DNA of 64,000 nucleotides from an uncultured Actinomycetes bacterium (GCA_963721435.1 CAVRJC010000003.1:8183-72182); one strand, 5' to 3'. Shown: positions 1 to 11,772, counted from the first letter of the stretch. Program-made: numbers and translations. Notes: a model not told the origin generated them from the letters alone.

Positions 1-1533
1 CGGTCGGCATGGCACCGCGCGACGTCGCGGCCAAGATCGTGGTCGCGCTCGAAGCCGAGCGGCCCGGGCATCTGGAGCGGGCCGAGATCGCGGGCCCCGG
101 GTTCATCAACCTGTACCTCTCGCCGACCTGGCTGTACGAGGTGCTCCGCGCCGTGGTCGCGCGAGGCGAGCAGTACGGCCACGGGCGCGCCCTCGCGGGC
201 CAGCGGATCAACCTCGAGTTCGTGTCGGCCAACCCGACCGGGCCCATCCACGCCGGCGCCGGGCGGTGGGTGGCCGTCGGTGACGCGCTCGCCAACCTCC
301 TCGCGGCCGAAGGTGCCGTGGTGCACCGCGAGTACTACCTCAACGATGCGGGCAACCAGCTCGACACCTTCGCGGCGTCGCTGCTCGCGCGCGTGCGGGA
401 CGAGGAGCTCCCCGACGACGGCTACCAGGGCGAGTACGTCACGGAGATGGCGGCGCGGCTGCGCGCGGAGCTCGGTGACGACGTGACCCTCGACGACGCG
501 CGCGAGTGGGGCTACCAGGACGCCGTGCGCGGCCTGACCGAAGACCTCGGGCGAATCGGCGTGCACTTCGACACGTGGTTCTCGGAGCGGACGCTGCACG
601 CAGATGGCGCGGTCGATCGTGCGCTCGACGACCTCCGTGCGCCGCGGCGTGCTCTACGAGCAGGACGGCGCCACGTGGCTGCGGTCGAGCGACCTCGGCG
701 ACCAGCGCGACCGCGTGCTGGTGAAGTCCGACGGCACGTCCACCTACCTCCTGCCCGACATCGCGTACCACCGCAGCAAGTACGAACGCGGCTGGGAGCA
801 CCTCATCGACATCTGGGGGGCCGACCACCACGGCCAGGTGAAGTCGCTCCAGGTCGCGATGGAGGCCCTCGGCTATCCGGCGGGCGAGCCCGAGGTGCTG
901 CTCGGGCAGCTCGTGAAGCTCGAGCGCGGTGGCGAGCTCGTGCGCTTGTCGAAGCGCGCCGGCAACATCATCACCCTCGCCGACATCCTCGACGAGGTCG
1001 ATCCCGACGTCGCCCGGCTCACCTTCCTCTTGCAGAGCATCGACACACAGCAGACCTTCGACCTCGACCTTGTCACGTCGCAGTCGATGGAGAATCCCGT
1101 CTACTACGTGCAGTACGCGCACGCCCGCATCGCTTCGATCGGCCGCCGCGCCGCCGAGCGTGGCGTCACGCGGCTCCCGATCCTCGACGCCGACCTCGCG
1201 CCGCTCACCCACGACCGGGAGCTGGAGCTGCTGCGCGCGCTGGCGGCGTACCCCGACGTCGTCGCCGAGGCGGCCGCGTTGCGGGCGCCCCACCGGATCA
1301 CCACCTGGGTGCGCGACTTCGCCAAGGAGTTCCACGGCTTCTACCGCGACTGCCGCGTCATCTCCGACGACATCCCGCTCACGCAGGCACGGCTGTGGCT
1401 GGCGGAGGCGTGTCGCCTCGGTCTCGCCAGCGCGCTCGCGATCCTCGGCGTGCACGCGCCCGACGAGATGCACCGGCTGTCCGCAGACGACTCGGGCGAC
1501 GAGTTCGATGCCAACGGGGAGAACGACGCGTGA
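1..1533 (+). CDS. argS: Arginyl-tRNA synthetase (5' part outside the window; apparent +1 frameshift near 642)
   Basis: LEFVSANPTGPIHAGAGR (HIGH-like), GADHHGQ, NPVYYVQYAHAR. The N-part is in ORF 9.. and the C-part in ORF 604..1533. Removing one C at about 642-643 joins DDLRA to RGVLYEQ. Confidence 0.95.
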
Positions 1534-2867
1534 GCGCCGACGATCCCATCGACCTCGGGCTCCTGCCGGGATCGTCGACTGTCGACGAACGCGGGCACCT
1601 CGTGATCGGCGGCAGCGACCTCGAGCAGCTCGCTGGGGTGTTCGGCACACCTCTGTATGTGTACGACGAAGAAGAGGTGGTGGCGCGGTGCCGCGCCTAC
1701 GCCGAGGCGTTCGGTGCCGATGCCGTCGCCTACGCCGCGAAGGCGTTCCTCTGCGGGGCGATGGCCCGGATCGTGGCGCGGGAGGGCCTCGCGCTCGACG
1801 TCGCCACCGGGGGTGAGGCGTTTCTCGCGCAGCGGGCCGGCTTCCCGCCGTCGCGCATGGTCTTCCACGGCAACGACAAGTCGGAGAACGAGCTGCGCAC
1901 CGCGCTGACCATCGGCGTCGGCCGGTTGGTCGTCGACTCCTTCGACGAGCTCGATCGCATCGAGGCACTGGTACAGGTTGGCCTGCGCCCACCACGCGTC
2001 CTCGTGCGCGTCACGCCCGGGGTCGAGGCGCACACCCACGATTACATCGCGACCGGCGCCGACGACTCGAAGTTCGGGTTCACGGTGGCAACCGGGGCGG
2101 CGCGCGACGCTGCGGTGCGGGTCGCGAAGAGCGACTCGATGGAGCTGGTGGGCTTGCACTGCCACATCGGCTCGCAGATCCTGCTGCTCGAGCCGTTCGC
2201 ACGCGCGGCTGAGGTGGTCGCGGAGCTCGCAGCCGAGGTCGCTCGTATCACCGGTGAGCCCATCGACGAGATCAACCTCGGTGGCGGCCTCGGTGTCGCG
2301 TACACCGCCGACGACACCGACGCGCCGTCGATCGTGGAGTACGCCGCGTTCGTGCGCGCCGGCTTCGACACCGCGTGCGCGCACGCGGGTCTCGACCCCG
2401 CGCCGCGGCTCACAGTCGAGGCCGGTCGGTCGATCGTCGGCCCCGCCGCGGTCACGCTCTACACCGTCGGCACCATCAAGGAGATCCCATCGGTGCGCAC
2501 GTATGTCGCGGTCGACGGTGGGATGAGCGACAACCCGCGCCCGGCCACCTACGGCGCGCGGTACGAGGCGTTCGTGCCCGCGCGCGCGGGCGCGGCGCGA
2601 CCGTGGGTCGTCACGGTCGCGGGGAAGCACTGCGAGCAGGGTGACCTGCTCGTGCGCGACGCGCACGTCCCCGCCGACCTCGTTGTCGGCGATGTCCTCG
2701 CGACGCCGGTCACCGGCGCGTACACGCACTCGATGTCGTCGAACTACAACCTGGTGCCGCGTCCCGCGGTCGTGTTCGTACGCGACGGCCACGCGCGCGT
2801 CGTGGTCCGACGTGAGACCTTCGAGGATCTCGTCGCGCGCGACGTGAATGAGGAAGAGGCCGACTGA
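1530..2867 (+). CDS. lysA: Diaminopimelate decarboxylase
   Basis: TPLYVYD, YAAKAF (PLP Lys), HCHIGSQ, NLGGGLG, GKHCEQGD. GTG start overlaps the argS TGA. Confidence 0.95.
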   Translation: MSADDPIDLGLLPGSSTVDERGHLVIGGSDLEQLAGVFGTPLYVYDEEEVVARCRAYAEAFGADAVAYAAKAFLCGAMARIVAREGLALDVATGGEAFLAQRAGFPPSRMVFHGNDKSENELRTALTIGVGRLVVDSFDELDRIEALVQVGLRPPRVLVRVTPGVEAHTHDYIATGADDSKFGFTVATGAARDAAVRVAKSDSMELVGLHCHIGSQILLLEPFARAAEVVAELAAEVARITGEPIDEINLGGGLGVAYTADDTDAPSIVEYAAFVRAGFDTACAHAGLDPAPRLTVEAGRSIVGPAAVTLYTVGTIKEIPSVRTYVAVDGGMSDNPRPATYGARYEAFVPARAGAARPWVVTVAGKHCEQGDLLVRDAHVPADLVVGDVLATPVTGAYTHSMSSNYNLVPRPAVVFVRDGHARVVVRRETFEDLVARDVNEEEAD

Positions 2868-2868
2868 C

Positions 2869-4158
2869 ATGGACGACCGCGTACGCATCGGCGTGTTGGG
2901 CTGCGGCAACGTGGGCAGCGCGCTCGTGCGACTCATCCACGAGCACGCCGACGTGATCGAGGCGCGCGCGGGCGTCCCGCTCGAAGTCACGCGCGTCGCC
3001 GTGCGCGACACGAGCAAGGACCGCGGCCTCCCGCTGCCCGCGCGCTGCTTCACCGATGATCCCGGCGAAGTGGTCGGCGATCCCGAGGTCGACATCGTCG
3101 TCGAGGTCATCGGCGGGATCGAGCCGCCGCGCGCGCTCATCGTCGAAGCGTTGATGGGTGGCAAGCCCGTCGTCACCGCGAACAAGGAGCTGATCGCGAG
3201 CTACGGGCGCGAGCTGTTCGAGACCGCGGAGGGCGCGGGCGTCGACATCCTCTTCGAGGCCTCCGTCGGTGGCGGCATCCCGCTCATCCGCCCGTTGCGC
3301 GAATCGCTCGCCGGCGACCGCATCCGCCGCGTCATGGGGATCGTGAACGGCACGACCAACTACATCCTGACGCGCATGGCCGACGCCGGCGCGACCTTCT
3401 CCGATGCGCTCGACGAAGCCCAACGCCTCGGCTTCGCGGAGCCCGACCCGACCGCCGACGTCGACGGGTTCGACGCGGCGGCCAAGGCGGCGATCATCGC
3501 GTCGATCGCCTTCGGCGCGCGCGTGGTCACCGCCGACGTGTACCGCGAGGGGATCCGTGACATCACCGCCGACGACATCCAGTCGGCCGCGGATCTCGGC
3601 TACGTCGTGAAGCTGCTCGCAGTTGCCGAAGATCTCGACGGCGAAGTCGCGGTGCGCGTCCATCCGGCGATGGTGCCGCTCCGCCACCCGCTCGCCTCGG
3701 TGCGCGACTCGTTCAACGCGGTGTTCATCGAAGGCGACGCGGTGGGTGAGCTCATGCTCTACGGCCGCGGCGCCGGCGGTGCGCCGACCGCGTCGGCGGT
3801 GCTCGGCGACCTGGTCGATGCGGCCAAGAACCTGGTCGAGGGCCGGAAGGGCGCCACGATGGGCACGCTGGCCCCCAAGCCGATCCGGCCGATCGACGAG
3901 GTCGAGTCGCAGTTCTATCTTCTGCTCGAAGTCGCCGACCGCCCGGGAGTGCTCGCGGCGATCGCGACCGAGTTCGGTCGTCACGGTGTGTCGATCCGGT
4001 CGATGCAGCAGCGGGGGATCGGTGACGATGCGCGCCTCATCTTCGTGACCCACAAGGCGCGGGAAGCCGATCTGCGCGCGACCGTGGGCGCGCTCGAGGG
4101 AGTCGACCAGGTGCACCGAGTGGGCTCGGTGCTGCGGGTCATGGGTGAAGAGGAGTGA
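2869..4158 (+). CDS. hom: Homoserine dehydrogenase with C-terminal ACT domain
   Basis: [39 protein letters not shown]. Confidence 0.95.
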   Translation: MDDRVRIGVLGCGNVGSALVRLIHEHADVIEARAGVPLEVTRVAVRDTSKDRGLPLPARCFTDDPGEVVGDPEVDIVVEVIGGIEPPRALIVEALMGGKPVVTANKELIASYGRELFETAEGAGVDILFEASVGGGIPLIRPLRESLAGDRIRRVMGIVNGTTNYILTRMADAGATFSDALDEAQRLGFAEPDPTADVDGFDAAAKAAIIASIAFGARVVTADVYREGIRDITADDIQSAADLGYVVKLLAVAEDLDGEVAVRVHPAMVPLRHPLASVRDSFNAVFIEGDAVGELMLYGRGAGGAPTASAVLGDLVDAAKNLVEGRKGATMGTLAPKPIRPIDEVESQFYLLLEVADRPGVLAAIATEFGRHGVSIRSMQQRGIGDDARLIFVTHKAREADLRATVGALEGVDQVHRVGSVLRVMGEEE

Positions 4159-4162
4159 CGGC

Positions 4163-5224
4163 GTGACGGTGTCCGCGTGGCCAGGGCTCATCGAGGCGTA
4201 CCGGGAGTTCCTCCCCGTCACCGACTCGACGCCCGTGGTCACCCTGCTCGAAGGCAACACGCCGCTCCTCGACGCGCCGCGGATCGCCCAGCGCGCGGGC
4301 GTGGCACGGGTGTTCCTCAAGGTCGAAGGGCTCAACCCCACCGGCTCGTTCAAGGACCGCGGCATGACGATGGCGATCTCCACCGCGGTCGAGCGCGGGG
4401 CGAAGGTCGCGATCTGCGCCTCCACGGGTAATACATCTGCGTCGGCGGCTGCCTACGCGGCCCGCGCCGGCATGGTGTGTGCAGTTGTGATACCGGAAGG
4501 GCAGATCGCGCTCGGGAAGCTCGCCCAGGCATTGATCCACGGCGCCCGGGTGGTGCCGATCACCGGCAACTTCGACCACGCGCTCGAGATCGTGCGGGAG
4601 CTCGGGGAGCGGCCCGGGGTGGAAGTCGTGAACTCGGTGAACCCGGTGCGGATCGAGGGACAGAAGACGGCGGCGTTCGAGATCGTCGACGTGCTCGGCG
4701 ACGCGCCCCATGCCCACTGCATCCCCGTCGGCAACGCGGGCAACATCACCGCGTACTGGCGCGGTTACTCCGAGTACGCGGCCATCGGCCGGGCGACGCG
4801 CGCGCCGCGCATGCTCGGGTGGCAGGCCGCCGGCGCTGCGCCCATCGTGCTCGGCGAGCCGGTGCTGCACCCGGAGACGCTCGCGACCGCGATCCAGATC
4901 GGGAACCCCGCGTCGTGGGACGGCGCGGTCGCGGCGCGCGACGAGTCCGGCGGGCACATCGGCGCGGTCAGCGACGGCGACATCATCGAGGCGTACCGAA
5001 TGCTCGCGGCCGACGAGGGATGCTTCGTGGAGCCCGCGTCGGCCGCATCGGTCGCGGGCTTGCTCCGCGCTGCCGTCGACGGCCGGGTCGCGCCCGACGA
5101 GACGATCGTGTGCACGGTCACCGGCCACGGGCTCAAAGACCCACAGCGCGCGATCAATGAGGTGCAGGTCGGCCACGCGGTGCCTGCCAGCTCGCTCGCG
5201 GTCGCCGCCGCGCTCGAGCTGTAG
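4163..5224 (+). CDS. thrC: Threonine synthase
   Basis: [42 protein letters not shown] precedes GTG 4163. Confidence 0.95.
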   Translation: MTVSAWPGLIEAYREFLPVTDSTPVVTLLEGNTPLLDAPRIAQRAGVARVFLKVEGLNPTGSFKDRGMTMAISTAVERGAKVAICASTGNTSASAAAYAARAGMVCAVVIPEGQIALGKLAQALIHGARVVPITGNFDHALEIVRELGERPGVEVVNSVNPVRIEGQKTAAFEIVDVLGDAPHAHCIPVGNAGNITAYWRGYSEYAAIGRATRAPRMLGWQAAGAAPIVLGEPVLHPETLATAIQIGNPASWDGAVAARDESGGHIGAVSDGDIIEAYRMLAADEGCFVEPASAASVAGLLRAAVDGRVAPDETIVCTVTGHGLKDPQRAINEVQVGHAVPASSLAVAAALEL

Positions 5225-5226
5225 GG

Positions 5227-6003
5227 ATGGCGACCGCACTCGTCACGGGGGCGTCGGCCGGTATCGGACGCGAGTTCGCCCGGCAGCTCTCGGTGCGCAA
5301 GCACGACGTCGTCCTCGTGGCGCGGGACGGTGAACGACTCGATGCCCTCGCGCACGACCTCGAGCGCGCGTACGGCACATCACCTGAACCGCTGCCCGCC
5401 GACCTCGTCAGTGCGGAGGGGCTCGCGGCCGTCGAGGCGCGGATCGCGGAGGCCGACCGTCCCGTCGACATCGTGGTGAACAACGCCGGGTTCACCACCT
5501 TCGGCCAGTTCTCCGAGATCGACATCGACCGCGAGGAGGACGAGATCCGGCTCAACGTGCTCGCGCTGGTGCGGCTCACGCATGCCGCACTCGCGGTCAT
5601 GGAGCCCCGGGGCGCGGGCGCGGTCGTGAACGTGTCGTCGCTGGCCGCGTACCAGCCGTCGCCGACCAGCGCGACCTACAGCGCGACCAAGGCATTCGTG
5701 AACAGCTTCACCCAGGCGGTGCACGAAGAGGCGCGCACGCGTGGTGTCGACGTGCTCCTCGTCTGCCCCGGGTACACGCACACCGAGTTCCACGCGCGGG
5801 CCGGGCTCGGCGCGCTGGGTGCGCCCGAGTTCTTCTGGCAGACCCCGGAGCAAGTGGTCACCGCGGCGCTGCGCGATCTCGACCGCGGTCGCGCGGTCAG
5901 CTTCCCGGGTGCGCTGAACCGCACGCTGGCCGCGGTCTCGAGCATCACTCCCGCGGGTGTCACCCGGCGCGCCGCCGGGATCGTGGTCAAGCGCAGTCAC
6001 TAG
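5227..6003 (+). CDS. Short-chain dehydrogenase/reductase
   Basis: TGASAGIG, NNAG, YSATK. Confidence 0.9.
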   Translation: MATALVTGASAGIGREFARQLSVRKHDVVLVARDGERLDALAHDLERAYGTSPEPLPADLVSAEGLAAVEARIAEADRPVDIVVNNAGFTTFGQFSEIDIDREEDEIRLNVLALVRLTHAALAVMEPRGAGAVVNVSSLAAYQPSPTSATYSATKAFVNSFTQAVHEEARTRGVDVLLVCPGYTHTEFHARAGLGALGAPEFFWQTPEQVVTAALRDLDRGRAVSFPGALNRTLAAVSSITPAGVTRRAAGIVVKRSH

Positions 6004-6023
6004 CACCGGCCGCTCGGGCACCG

Positions 6024-7211
6024 TCAATTCGCGGCGAGCCGGTACAGGCCCTTGCTCTGGGAGAGCACGAGGAGCTCGCGGTTGCGCTGCTCACCGAAGG
6101 TGGAGACGGATTCGGTCGTCGGACCGAGGTTCACGGCGGTGTACGAGCCGTTGGCTCGGGGCGCGAGGGCCCGGATGGCGCCGGTGCAGTAGTCGGTGAA
6201 CACGTACATCCCGCGCAGCGCGGCGATGGCACGCCCCCGGTAGACGTAGCCGCCGGTGACCGAGCAGGAGCCGTCGTCGTGCGAGTACTCGAAGACCGGC
6301 GGCTCACTCGACGCTGCCGCGGTGCCCGAGAACGGGTGGGTCCCTTCGAGCCGGTTCCACCCGAAGTTCACGCCCCGGCCCGCGTCGCGGCCGTCGACCG
6401 CCGCGGCGTGATCGATCTCCTCCCACGCGTCCTGGCCGACGTCACCGATCCACAGGTCGCCGGTCTGCGAGTCGAAGGTGAAGCGCCACGGGTTGCGCAG
6501 CCCGTATGACCAGATCTCGCCCCGTGCGCCGGGCTGGCCCACGAACGGGTTGTCGGGCGGCACGGTGTACGACGACGTGCCGTGCGGCGTCGGGTCGATG
6601 CGGAGGATCTTGCCGAGCAGCGTGGCGAGCGACTGCGCGTTGCCGCCGGCGGCGTGCCCCGTGCCGCGGTCGCCGGCACCACCGCCGTCGCCCAGCGCGA
6701 TGTAGAGCATCCCGTCGGGGCCGAACACGAGTTGCCCGCCGTTGTGGTTGCTCTGTGGCTGGGCAACGCTCAGCACGACTCGGCGCGAGCTCGTGACGAC
6801 CGTTCGCGCGCGCATCGCATATTCCACGACCTGGGTGGTGCCGGACCGGTCGGTGTAGTCGAGATAGAGGTGCGCACCGTCCGGTGCGAACGCGAGGCCG
6901 AGCAGTCCCTGCTCGCCGCCGTTCTGGCTCACGTCGGCGCTGATGTCGAGTACCGGCGTCGGCGCCATCTTCCCGCCGCGCACGACGCGCACGGTGCCGG
7001 CCTGCTCGGTGAGGTAGATGCCCGCGTCGCCCGCCCGCTGCGCGATCGCGGTGCCGTTGACCGGCGTGGCGACGAGCGTGAGCTTCACCGCGGGGTTGCG
7101 GGCCGCCGCGGCCGGGGCCATGGGGCTGCCGAGGGCCGCGCCGAGCGCGAGCAACGCACCGGCCGCGAGCGTTCGCACGGTGACCACAAGTACCCGCCTC
7201 ACGAGTCGCAT
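6024..7211 (-). CDS. Secreted PQQ-dependent (glucose/sorbosone-type) sugar dehydrogenase family beta-propeller
   Basis: Signal peptide, EQGLLGLAF, NHNGG, GKILRID, YGLRNPWRF. This is the C-terminal part of ORF 6024..9731. Confidence 0.85.
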   Translation of the reverse strand: MRLVRRVLVVTVRTLAAGALLALGAALGSPMAPAAAARNPAVKLTLVATPVNGTAIAQRAGDAGIYLTEQAGTVRVVRGGKMAPTPVLDISADVSQNGGEQGLLGLAFAPDGAHLYLDYTDRSGTTQVVEYAMRARTVVTSSRRVVLSVAQPQSNHNGGQLVFGPDGMLYIALGDGGGAGDRGTGHAAGGNAQSLATLLGKILRIDPTPHGTSSYTVPPDNPFVGQPGARGEIWSYGLRNPWRFTFDSQTGDLWIGDVGQDAWEEIDHAAAVDGRDAGRGVNFGWNRLEGTHPFSGTAAASSEPPVFEYSHDDGSCSVTGGYVYRGRAIAALRGMYVFTDYCTGAIRALAPRANGSYTAVNLGPTTESVSTFGEQRNRELLVLSQSKGLYRLAAN

Positions 7212-7289
7212 CGCACGGTCACGGTACCGGCGCGGGTCTCTTCCGAGTTCGCGAGGACCGTCGCGGACGCTTCCTCGTACTATGGGCAC

Positions 7290-8441
7290 ATGAAGTACGT
7301 GGTGTTGGTTCCCGACGGCTGCGCCGACGAACCGCTCGCCGAGCTCGACGGCCGCACGCCCCTCGAGGCCGCGCACATGCCGAACCTCGCCGCGCTCGCC
7401 GCCCGGGGCGAAGTCGGGCTCACCGACGTGATCCCGGCGGGGCTCCCGCCGGGCAGCGACGTCGGGAACCTCGCGATCCTCGGCTACGACCCCGCGCTGT
7501 ACCACACCGGCCGCGCGCCGATCGAGGCCGCGGCCATGGGCATCGATCTCGCACCCGACGAAGTCGCGTACCGCTGCAATCTCGTCACGGTCGACGACGG
7601 GATCATGGTCGACTTCGCGGCGGGCCATCTCACGAGTGAGCAGAGCCACCCGATCATCGCCGCGCTCGACGCCGCGCTCGGCGACGGCCGCAACGGCGTG
7701 CGCTTCCATCCCGGTGTCGAGTACCGCCACATCTGTGTGGTGCCGCGTGAGCTCGGCGAGGCCGAGTGCGTTCCGCCGCACGATCTCACCGGTCAGGCCG
7801 CGGTCCTCCCCACCGGGCCCGCAGCCGAGCAGTTGATCGCGTTGATGGAGGCGTCGCGCCCGGTGGTGCGCGCCGCCGCGGCCGAGGTCGGATCGATCGC
7901 GACGCAGATCTGGCTGTGGGGCCAGGGCGTGCGCCCGCGGATCCCCGGCTTCGTCGAGACCTACGGCGTCGACGGGCGACTGTCGTCCGCGGTCGACCTG
8001 GTGCGCGGGCTCGGTGTGCTGAGCGGTATCGAAGTCGTCGACGTGCCCGGCGCCACCGCCGGGTTCGACACTGACTACGTCGCCCAGCGCGACGCGGCGA
8101 TCATGTCGCTCGCTGACCGCGACTTCTTCCTGCTGCACGTCGAGGCAACCGACGAAGCCGGGCATCAGGGCGCGGTCGACGAGAAAGTGACGTCGCTCGA
8201 GCGCTGGGACGCCGAGATCATCGGGCCGCTCGTCGACGCGCTCGACGGCACGCCGTTCCGGATCCTGCTCATGCCCGACCACGCGACGCCCTGTGCGGCG
8301 CGTACGCACACGTCGGATCCCGTGCCTTACCTTCTCTACGACTCCGAGGTGGCGGGTCCCGGCGGTGAGTACTCGGAACGCGGCGTCGCGGGAACGACGC
8401 CCGTCGTCGCGCACGAGCTGATGGCGCGCCTTCTCAAGTAG
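7290..8441 (+). CDS. apgM: Cofactor-independent phosphoglycerate mutase family metalloenzyme (ApgM-like; candidate homoserine kinase substitute)
   Basis: DGCADEP, PGSDVGNL (phospho-Ser), YTGRAPIEA-like, HVEATDEAGH, DHATP. Confidence 0.85.
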   Translation: MKYVVLVPDGCADEPLAELDGRTPLEAAHMPNLAALAARGEVGLTDVIPAGLPPGSDVGNLAILGYDPALYHTGRAPIEAAAMGIDLAPDEVAYRCNLVTVDDGIMVDFAAGHLTSEQSHPIIAALDAALGDGRNGVRFHPGVEYRHICVVPRELGEAECVPPHDLTGQAAVLPTGPAAEQLIALMEASRPVVRAAAAEVGSIATQIWLWGQGVRPRIPGFVETYGVDGRLSSAVDLVRGLGVLSGIEVVDVPGATAGFDTDYVAQRDAAIMSLADRDFFLLHVEATDEAGHQGAVDEKVTSLERWDAEIIGPLVDALDGTPFRILLMPDHATPCAARTHTSDPVPYLLYDSEVAGPGGEYSERGVAGTTPVVAHELMARLLK

Positions 8442-8459
8442 CGCCTTTCTCTCGAGTGT

Positions 8460-8488
8460 TTGCTCGGGGGTGGGGGCGACGGTAGAGT
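8460..8488 (+). promoter_or_regulatory. Putative principal-sigma promoter of rho
   Basis: TTGCTC-N17-TAGAGT, about 180 nt upstream of ATG 8670. Confidence 0.5.
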
Positions 8489-8669
8489 GAAGACACCGCC
8501 GGTCGGTGCAGCGCCCTCTTTCGGGCCCCCCGACCCGGTTCCCGAGATTCGCGTCTGATTCTCGACGGCGGTTTTTCCATCTTTTCCGTTCTCGGGGGCG
8601 TCGATGCCGTCGAGGCTGACAATCGGGTCCGATGCCCGGGCACTCGGCCGGACCGAGGGAGAGCACCAC

Positions 8670-10443
8670 ATGAGCCCCGACCAGCAGATCGAGCGATCGA
8701 TGCTCGATGGCAAGGATCGCGAGCAGCTCCACACCATTGCCGGGGCAGTGGGCGTGAAGGGCGCCACCCGCATGCGCAAGGCCGACCTCATCGAGGCGAT
8801 CCTCGCGACTGCCGGCGCGGGTGGCACGAACGGCGCGAACACCGAAGCCGCGAACGGTGCGGACACCGAGGCCGCTCCGGCCACCGAAGCCGCGAAGCCA
8901 CGACGGGTGCGCTCCGCCCGCACCTCCGAGCTCGTCGACGATTCCCTTGCCGCCCTCGCCGAAGAGGAGAACGCGCTCGGCGGCGCGTCCGACGACGCCG
9001 ACCTGCTCCCGGCGCCGCGCCCGGTGCGGCTCCCGCCGGCGGCCGTCTCCTCCGCGGCTTCCCCCGCGGCACCGGCAGCGGAGACATCCAACGGCACCGT
9101 CACCGACGCGGAGCCCACTGCATCCGAAGGTAATACGAGCGTCGGCACCGAGCCGGGCGGGCCGACCGGTTCGGACGCGTTCGATACCGACGACGATCGC
9201 CAGTCGTTCAACGACGGCAATCGCCGTGGCCGCCGGCGTCGCCGCGGGCGCGGCGGCCAGGAACCGGTGGGCGTCGGGGCCGGCGAGCCGCGCGAGCGCG
9301 AGTTCCAGGGTGAGCCCATCCCGGTGCAGGGGCTCCTCGATCTGCGCGACGAGGGCTACGGGTTCCTGCGCGCGGGCGGGTACCTCCCCGGCCCGAAGGA
9401 CGTCTACATCTCGGCGTCGCAGGTGCGCCGCTTCGCGTTGCGCAAGGGCGACTACGTCCGCGGTACGTCGCGCCCGCAGGCCAGCAACGAGAAGTACCCG
9501 GCGCTCCTGCAGGGTCGACGACATCAACGGCATGACGCCCGACGCCGCGCGCGAGCGCCCCAAGTTCGAGGACCTCACGCCGCTCTTCCCCGATTCGCGC
9601 CTGCGCCTCGAGCTGCCCGACGAGCCGCACGAGATCACCGGCCGGATCGTGGATCTCATCTCGCCCATCGGCAAGGGCCAGCGCGGCTTGATCGTCTCGC
9701 CGCCGAAGGCCGGCAAGACCACGATCCTCAAGCAGCTCGTCTACGCGATCGAGCGCAACAACCCCGAGGTCCACCTCATGGTGCTGCTCGTCGACGAGCG
9801 CCCGGAGGAAGTGACCGACATGAAGCGCCACGTGGTGCGCGGCGAGGTGGTGGCGAGCACGTTCGACCGCCCCTCCGACGAGCACACCCACGTTGCCGAG
9901 CTCACCATCGAGCGGGCCAAGCGCCTCGTCGAGATGGGTACCGACGTGGTGATCGTCCTCGACGGTATTACGCGTCTGGCAAGGGCATACAACCTGGCGG
10001 CCCCGACCTCCGGTCGGATCATGTCGGGTGGTGTGGATTCGACCGCGCTCTACCCGCCGAAGCGGTTCTTCGGCGCGGCGCGCAACATCGAAGAGGGCGG
10101 ATCGCTCACGATCATCGCCACGGCGCTGATCGAGACCGGCAGCCGCATGGACGAAGTGATCTTCGAGGAGTTCAAGGGCACCGGGAACATGGAGCTGCGC
10201 CTCGACCGCCGCCTGTCGGAGCGGCGGATCTACCCGTCGATCGACGTCGAGGCGTCGAGCACGCGCCACGAGGAGCTGCTGTTCGATCGCCAGCAGCTCC
10301 AGCAGGTGTGGAAGCTACGCCGTGTCCTCAACGCGCTCGAGGAGGGCAAGGGCCTCGAGCTGCTGATCGACAAGATCCGCACCACGAAGAGCAACGACCA
10401 GTTCCTCTCCGAGATCGCCAAGGCGCCGAGCCCCGGGTCCTGA
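8670..10443 (+). CDS. rho: Transcription termination factor Rho with actinobacterial N-terminal insertion (apparent +1 frameshift at GGG 9512-9514)
   Basis: [39 protein letters not shown]. Removing one G gives ALLQVDDING. Confidence 0.95.
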
Positions 10444-10511
10444 CCCCGAACTTTGCGCCGAGTTGGGCAAGCGCAGGCCTGCCCGGGGGAATACCGTCCC
10501 GCCGGATTACG

Positions 10512-10517
10512 TAGACT
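10512..10517 (+). promoter_or_regulatory. Putative -10 element of rpmE
   Basis: TAGACT 9 nt upstream of the ATG. Confidence 0.4.
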
Positions 10518-10526
10518 GAGGCACTC

Positions 10527-10748
10527 ATGAAGACTGACATTCATCCCGAGTATGTGGAATGCCGAGTTCACTGTTCCTGTGGGAACGAGTTCGTCACCCG
10601 TTCCACCGTCCCGTCGCTCCGAGTGGAGCTCTGCTCCGAGTGCCACCCCTTCTACACCGGCAAGCAGAAGCTCGTTGACACCGGTGGCCGGGTCGAGCGC
10701 TTCCAGCGTCGCTACGCGAAGTCGAAGGCCGCACAGAGCAAGGACTGA
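10527..10748 (+). CDS. rpmE: 50S ribosomal protein L31 (zinc-binding C+ form)
   Basis: [25 protein letters not shown]. Confidence 0.97.
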   Translation: MKTDIHPEYVECRVHCSCGNEFVTRSTVPSLRVELCSECHPFYTGKQKLVDTGGRVERFQRRYAKSKAAQSKD

Positions 10749-10751
10749 CCC

Positions 10752-11699
10752 ATGAGCTCGAACCCTCCCGACACGAGTCCCCGTTACATGGGCGGGCAAG
10801 CGGTTGTCGAGGGCGTCATGATGCGCGGCGAGCGCACGTGGGCGGTGTCGGTTCGCACTCCGGAAGGCGACATCCAGACCGAGCTGCACGACGCCCCGGC
10901 CTGGGCGGAGCGGTGGTCGAAGATCCCGCTCGTCCGTGGGGTGATGGCGCTGGGCGAGTCGATGGCGCTCGGGTTCAAGGCGCTGTCGTGGTCGGCCAAC
11001 ATCCAGCTGCCGGAGGAGGAGCGGATCTCGGGCAAGGCGATGGGCTGGACCATCGGGATCGCACTCGCCTTCTTCACTGCGATCTTCATCGTGCTGCCGG
11101 CGGTCGCGGCCAACGGCATGGGAAACATCTTCGGCCTCAGTGGCTTCTGGTTCCACGTCTCCGAAGGCGCGCTCCGGCTGGCGATCTTCCTCGGTTACCT
11201 GCTCCTGATCGGCTGTCTCAAGGACATCAAGCGCGTGTTCCAGTACCACGGCGCCGAGCACAAGGCGATCGCAGCCTACGAGAACGACGCGCCGCTCACG
11301 CCTGAGTCAGCCCAACGGTTCACGACCCAGCACGTGCGCTGCGGCACCAACTTCCTCCTGACGGTGATGGTCGTCACCATCATCGTGTACTCGTTCGTCG
11401 GCCGTCCGTCGTGGCCCTACCTCATCGGGTCGCGCATCGTCCTCATCCCGTTCATCGCCGGGTTGAGCTACGAGGTGATCCGCTACGCGGCCCGGCACAT
11501 GCAGCACCGGTGGGTTCGTATTCTCATGCGCCCAGGCCTGCTGCTCCAGAAGCTCACGACGCGTGAGCCGAGCCTCGACCAAGTCGAAGTCGCGATCGTG
11601 TCGCTGCGCGCGGTGCTCACCGCGGAGCAGCTCGCCGAGGTGAACGCTCGCGCTGCGTACGCAGCACCGGCACCGACCACTCGGCCCGCGATCGCCTGA
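10752..11699 (+). CDS. DUF1385 domain membrane protein
   Basis: GGQAVVEGVMMR, FQYHGAEHK, HVRCGTNF, LQKLTTREP. Confidence 0.9.
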   Translation: MSSNPPDTSPRYMGGQAVVEGVMMRGERTWAVSVRTPEGDIQTELHDAPAWAERWSKIPLVRGVMALGESMALGFKALSWSANIQLPEEERISGKAMGWTIGIALAFFTAIFIVLPAVAANGMGNIFGLSGFWFHVSEGALRLAIFLGYLLLIGCLKDIKRVFQYHGAEHKAIAAYENDAPLTPESAQRFTTQHVRCGTNFLLTVMVVTIIVYSFVGRPSWPYLIGSRIVLIPFIAGLSYEVIRYAARHMQHRWVRILMRPGLLLQKLTTREPSLDQVEVAIVSLRAVLTAEQLAEVNARAAYAAPAPTTRPAIA

Positions 11700-11772
11700 T
11701 TCCCTGTTGTCTTCGGCGTTCTCCACGCTGCGCTGCTTGCAATCGCCACTCTGCGTGTGCGAGACTTCACGC

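Noticed and set aside
9-2867. 952-aa ArgS-LysA fusion ORF
   Set aside because: Artefact of the argS frameshift. The middle ~300 aa is out-of-frame text, and argS and lysA have a normal GTGA overlap at 1530-1533.
6024-9731. 1235-aa minus-strand ORF
   Set aside because: Only 6024-7211 is a coherent protein; the rest is the antisense shadow of apgM and rho.
10488-10513. SigR/SigH-type promoter before rpmE (GGAAT-N18-GTA)
   Set aside because: The -10 is GTA rather than GTT, and a TAGACT housekeeping -10 overlaps it; too weak to call.
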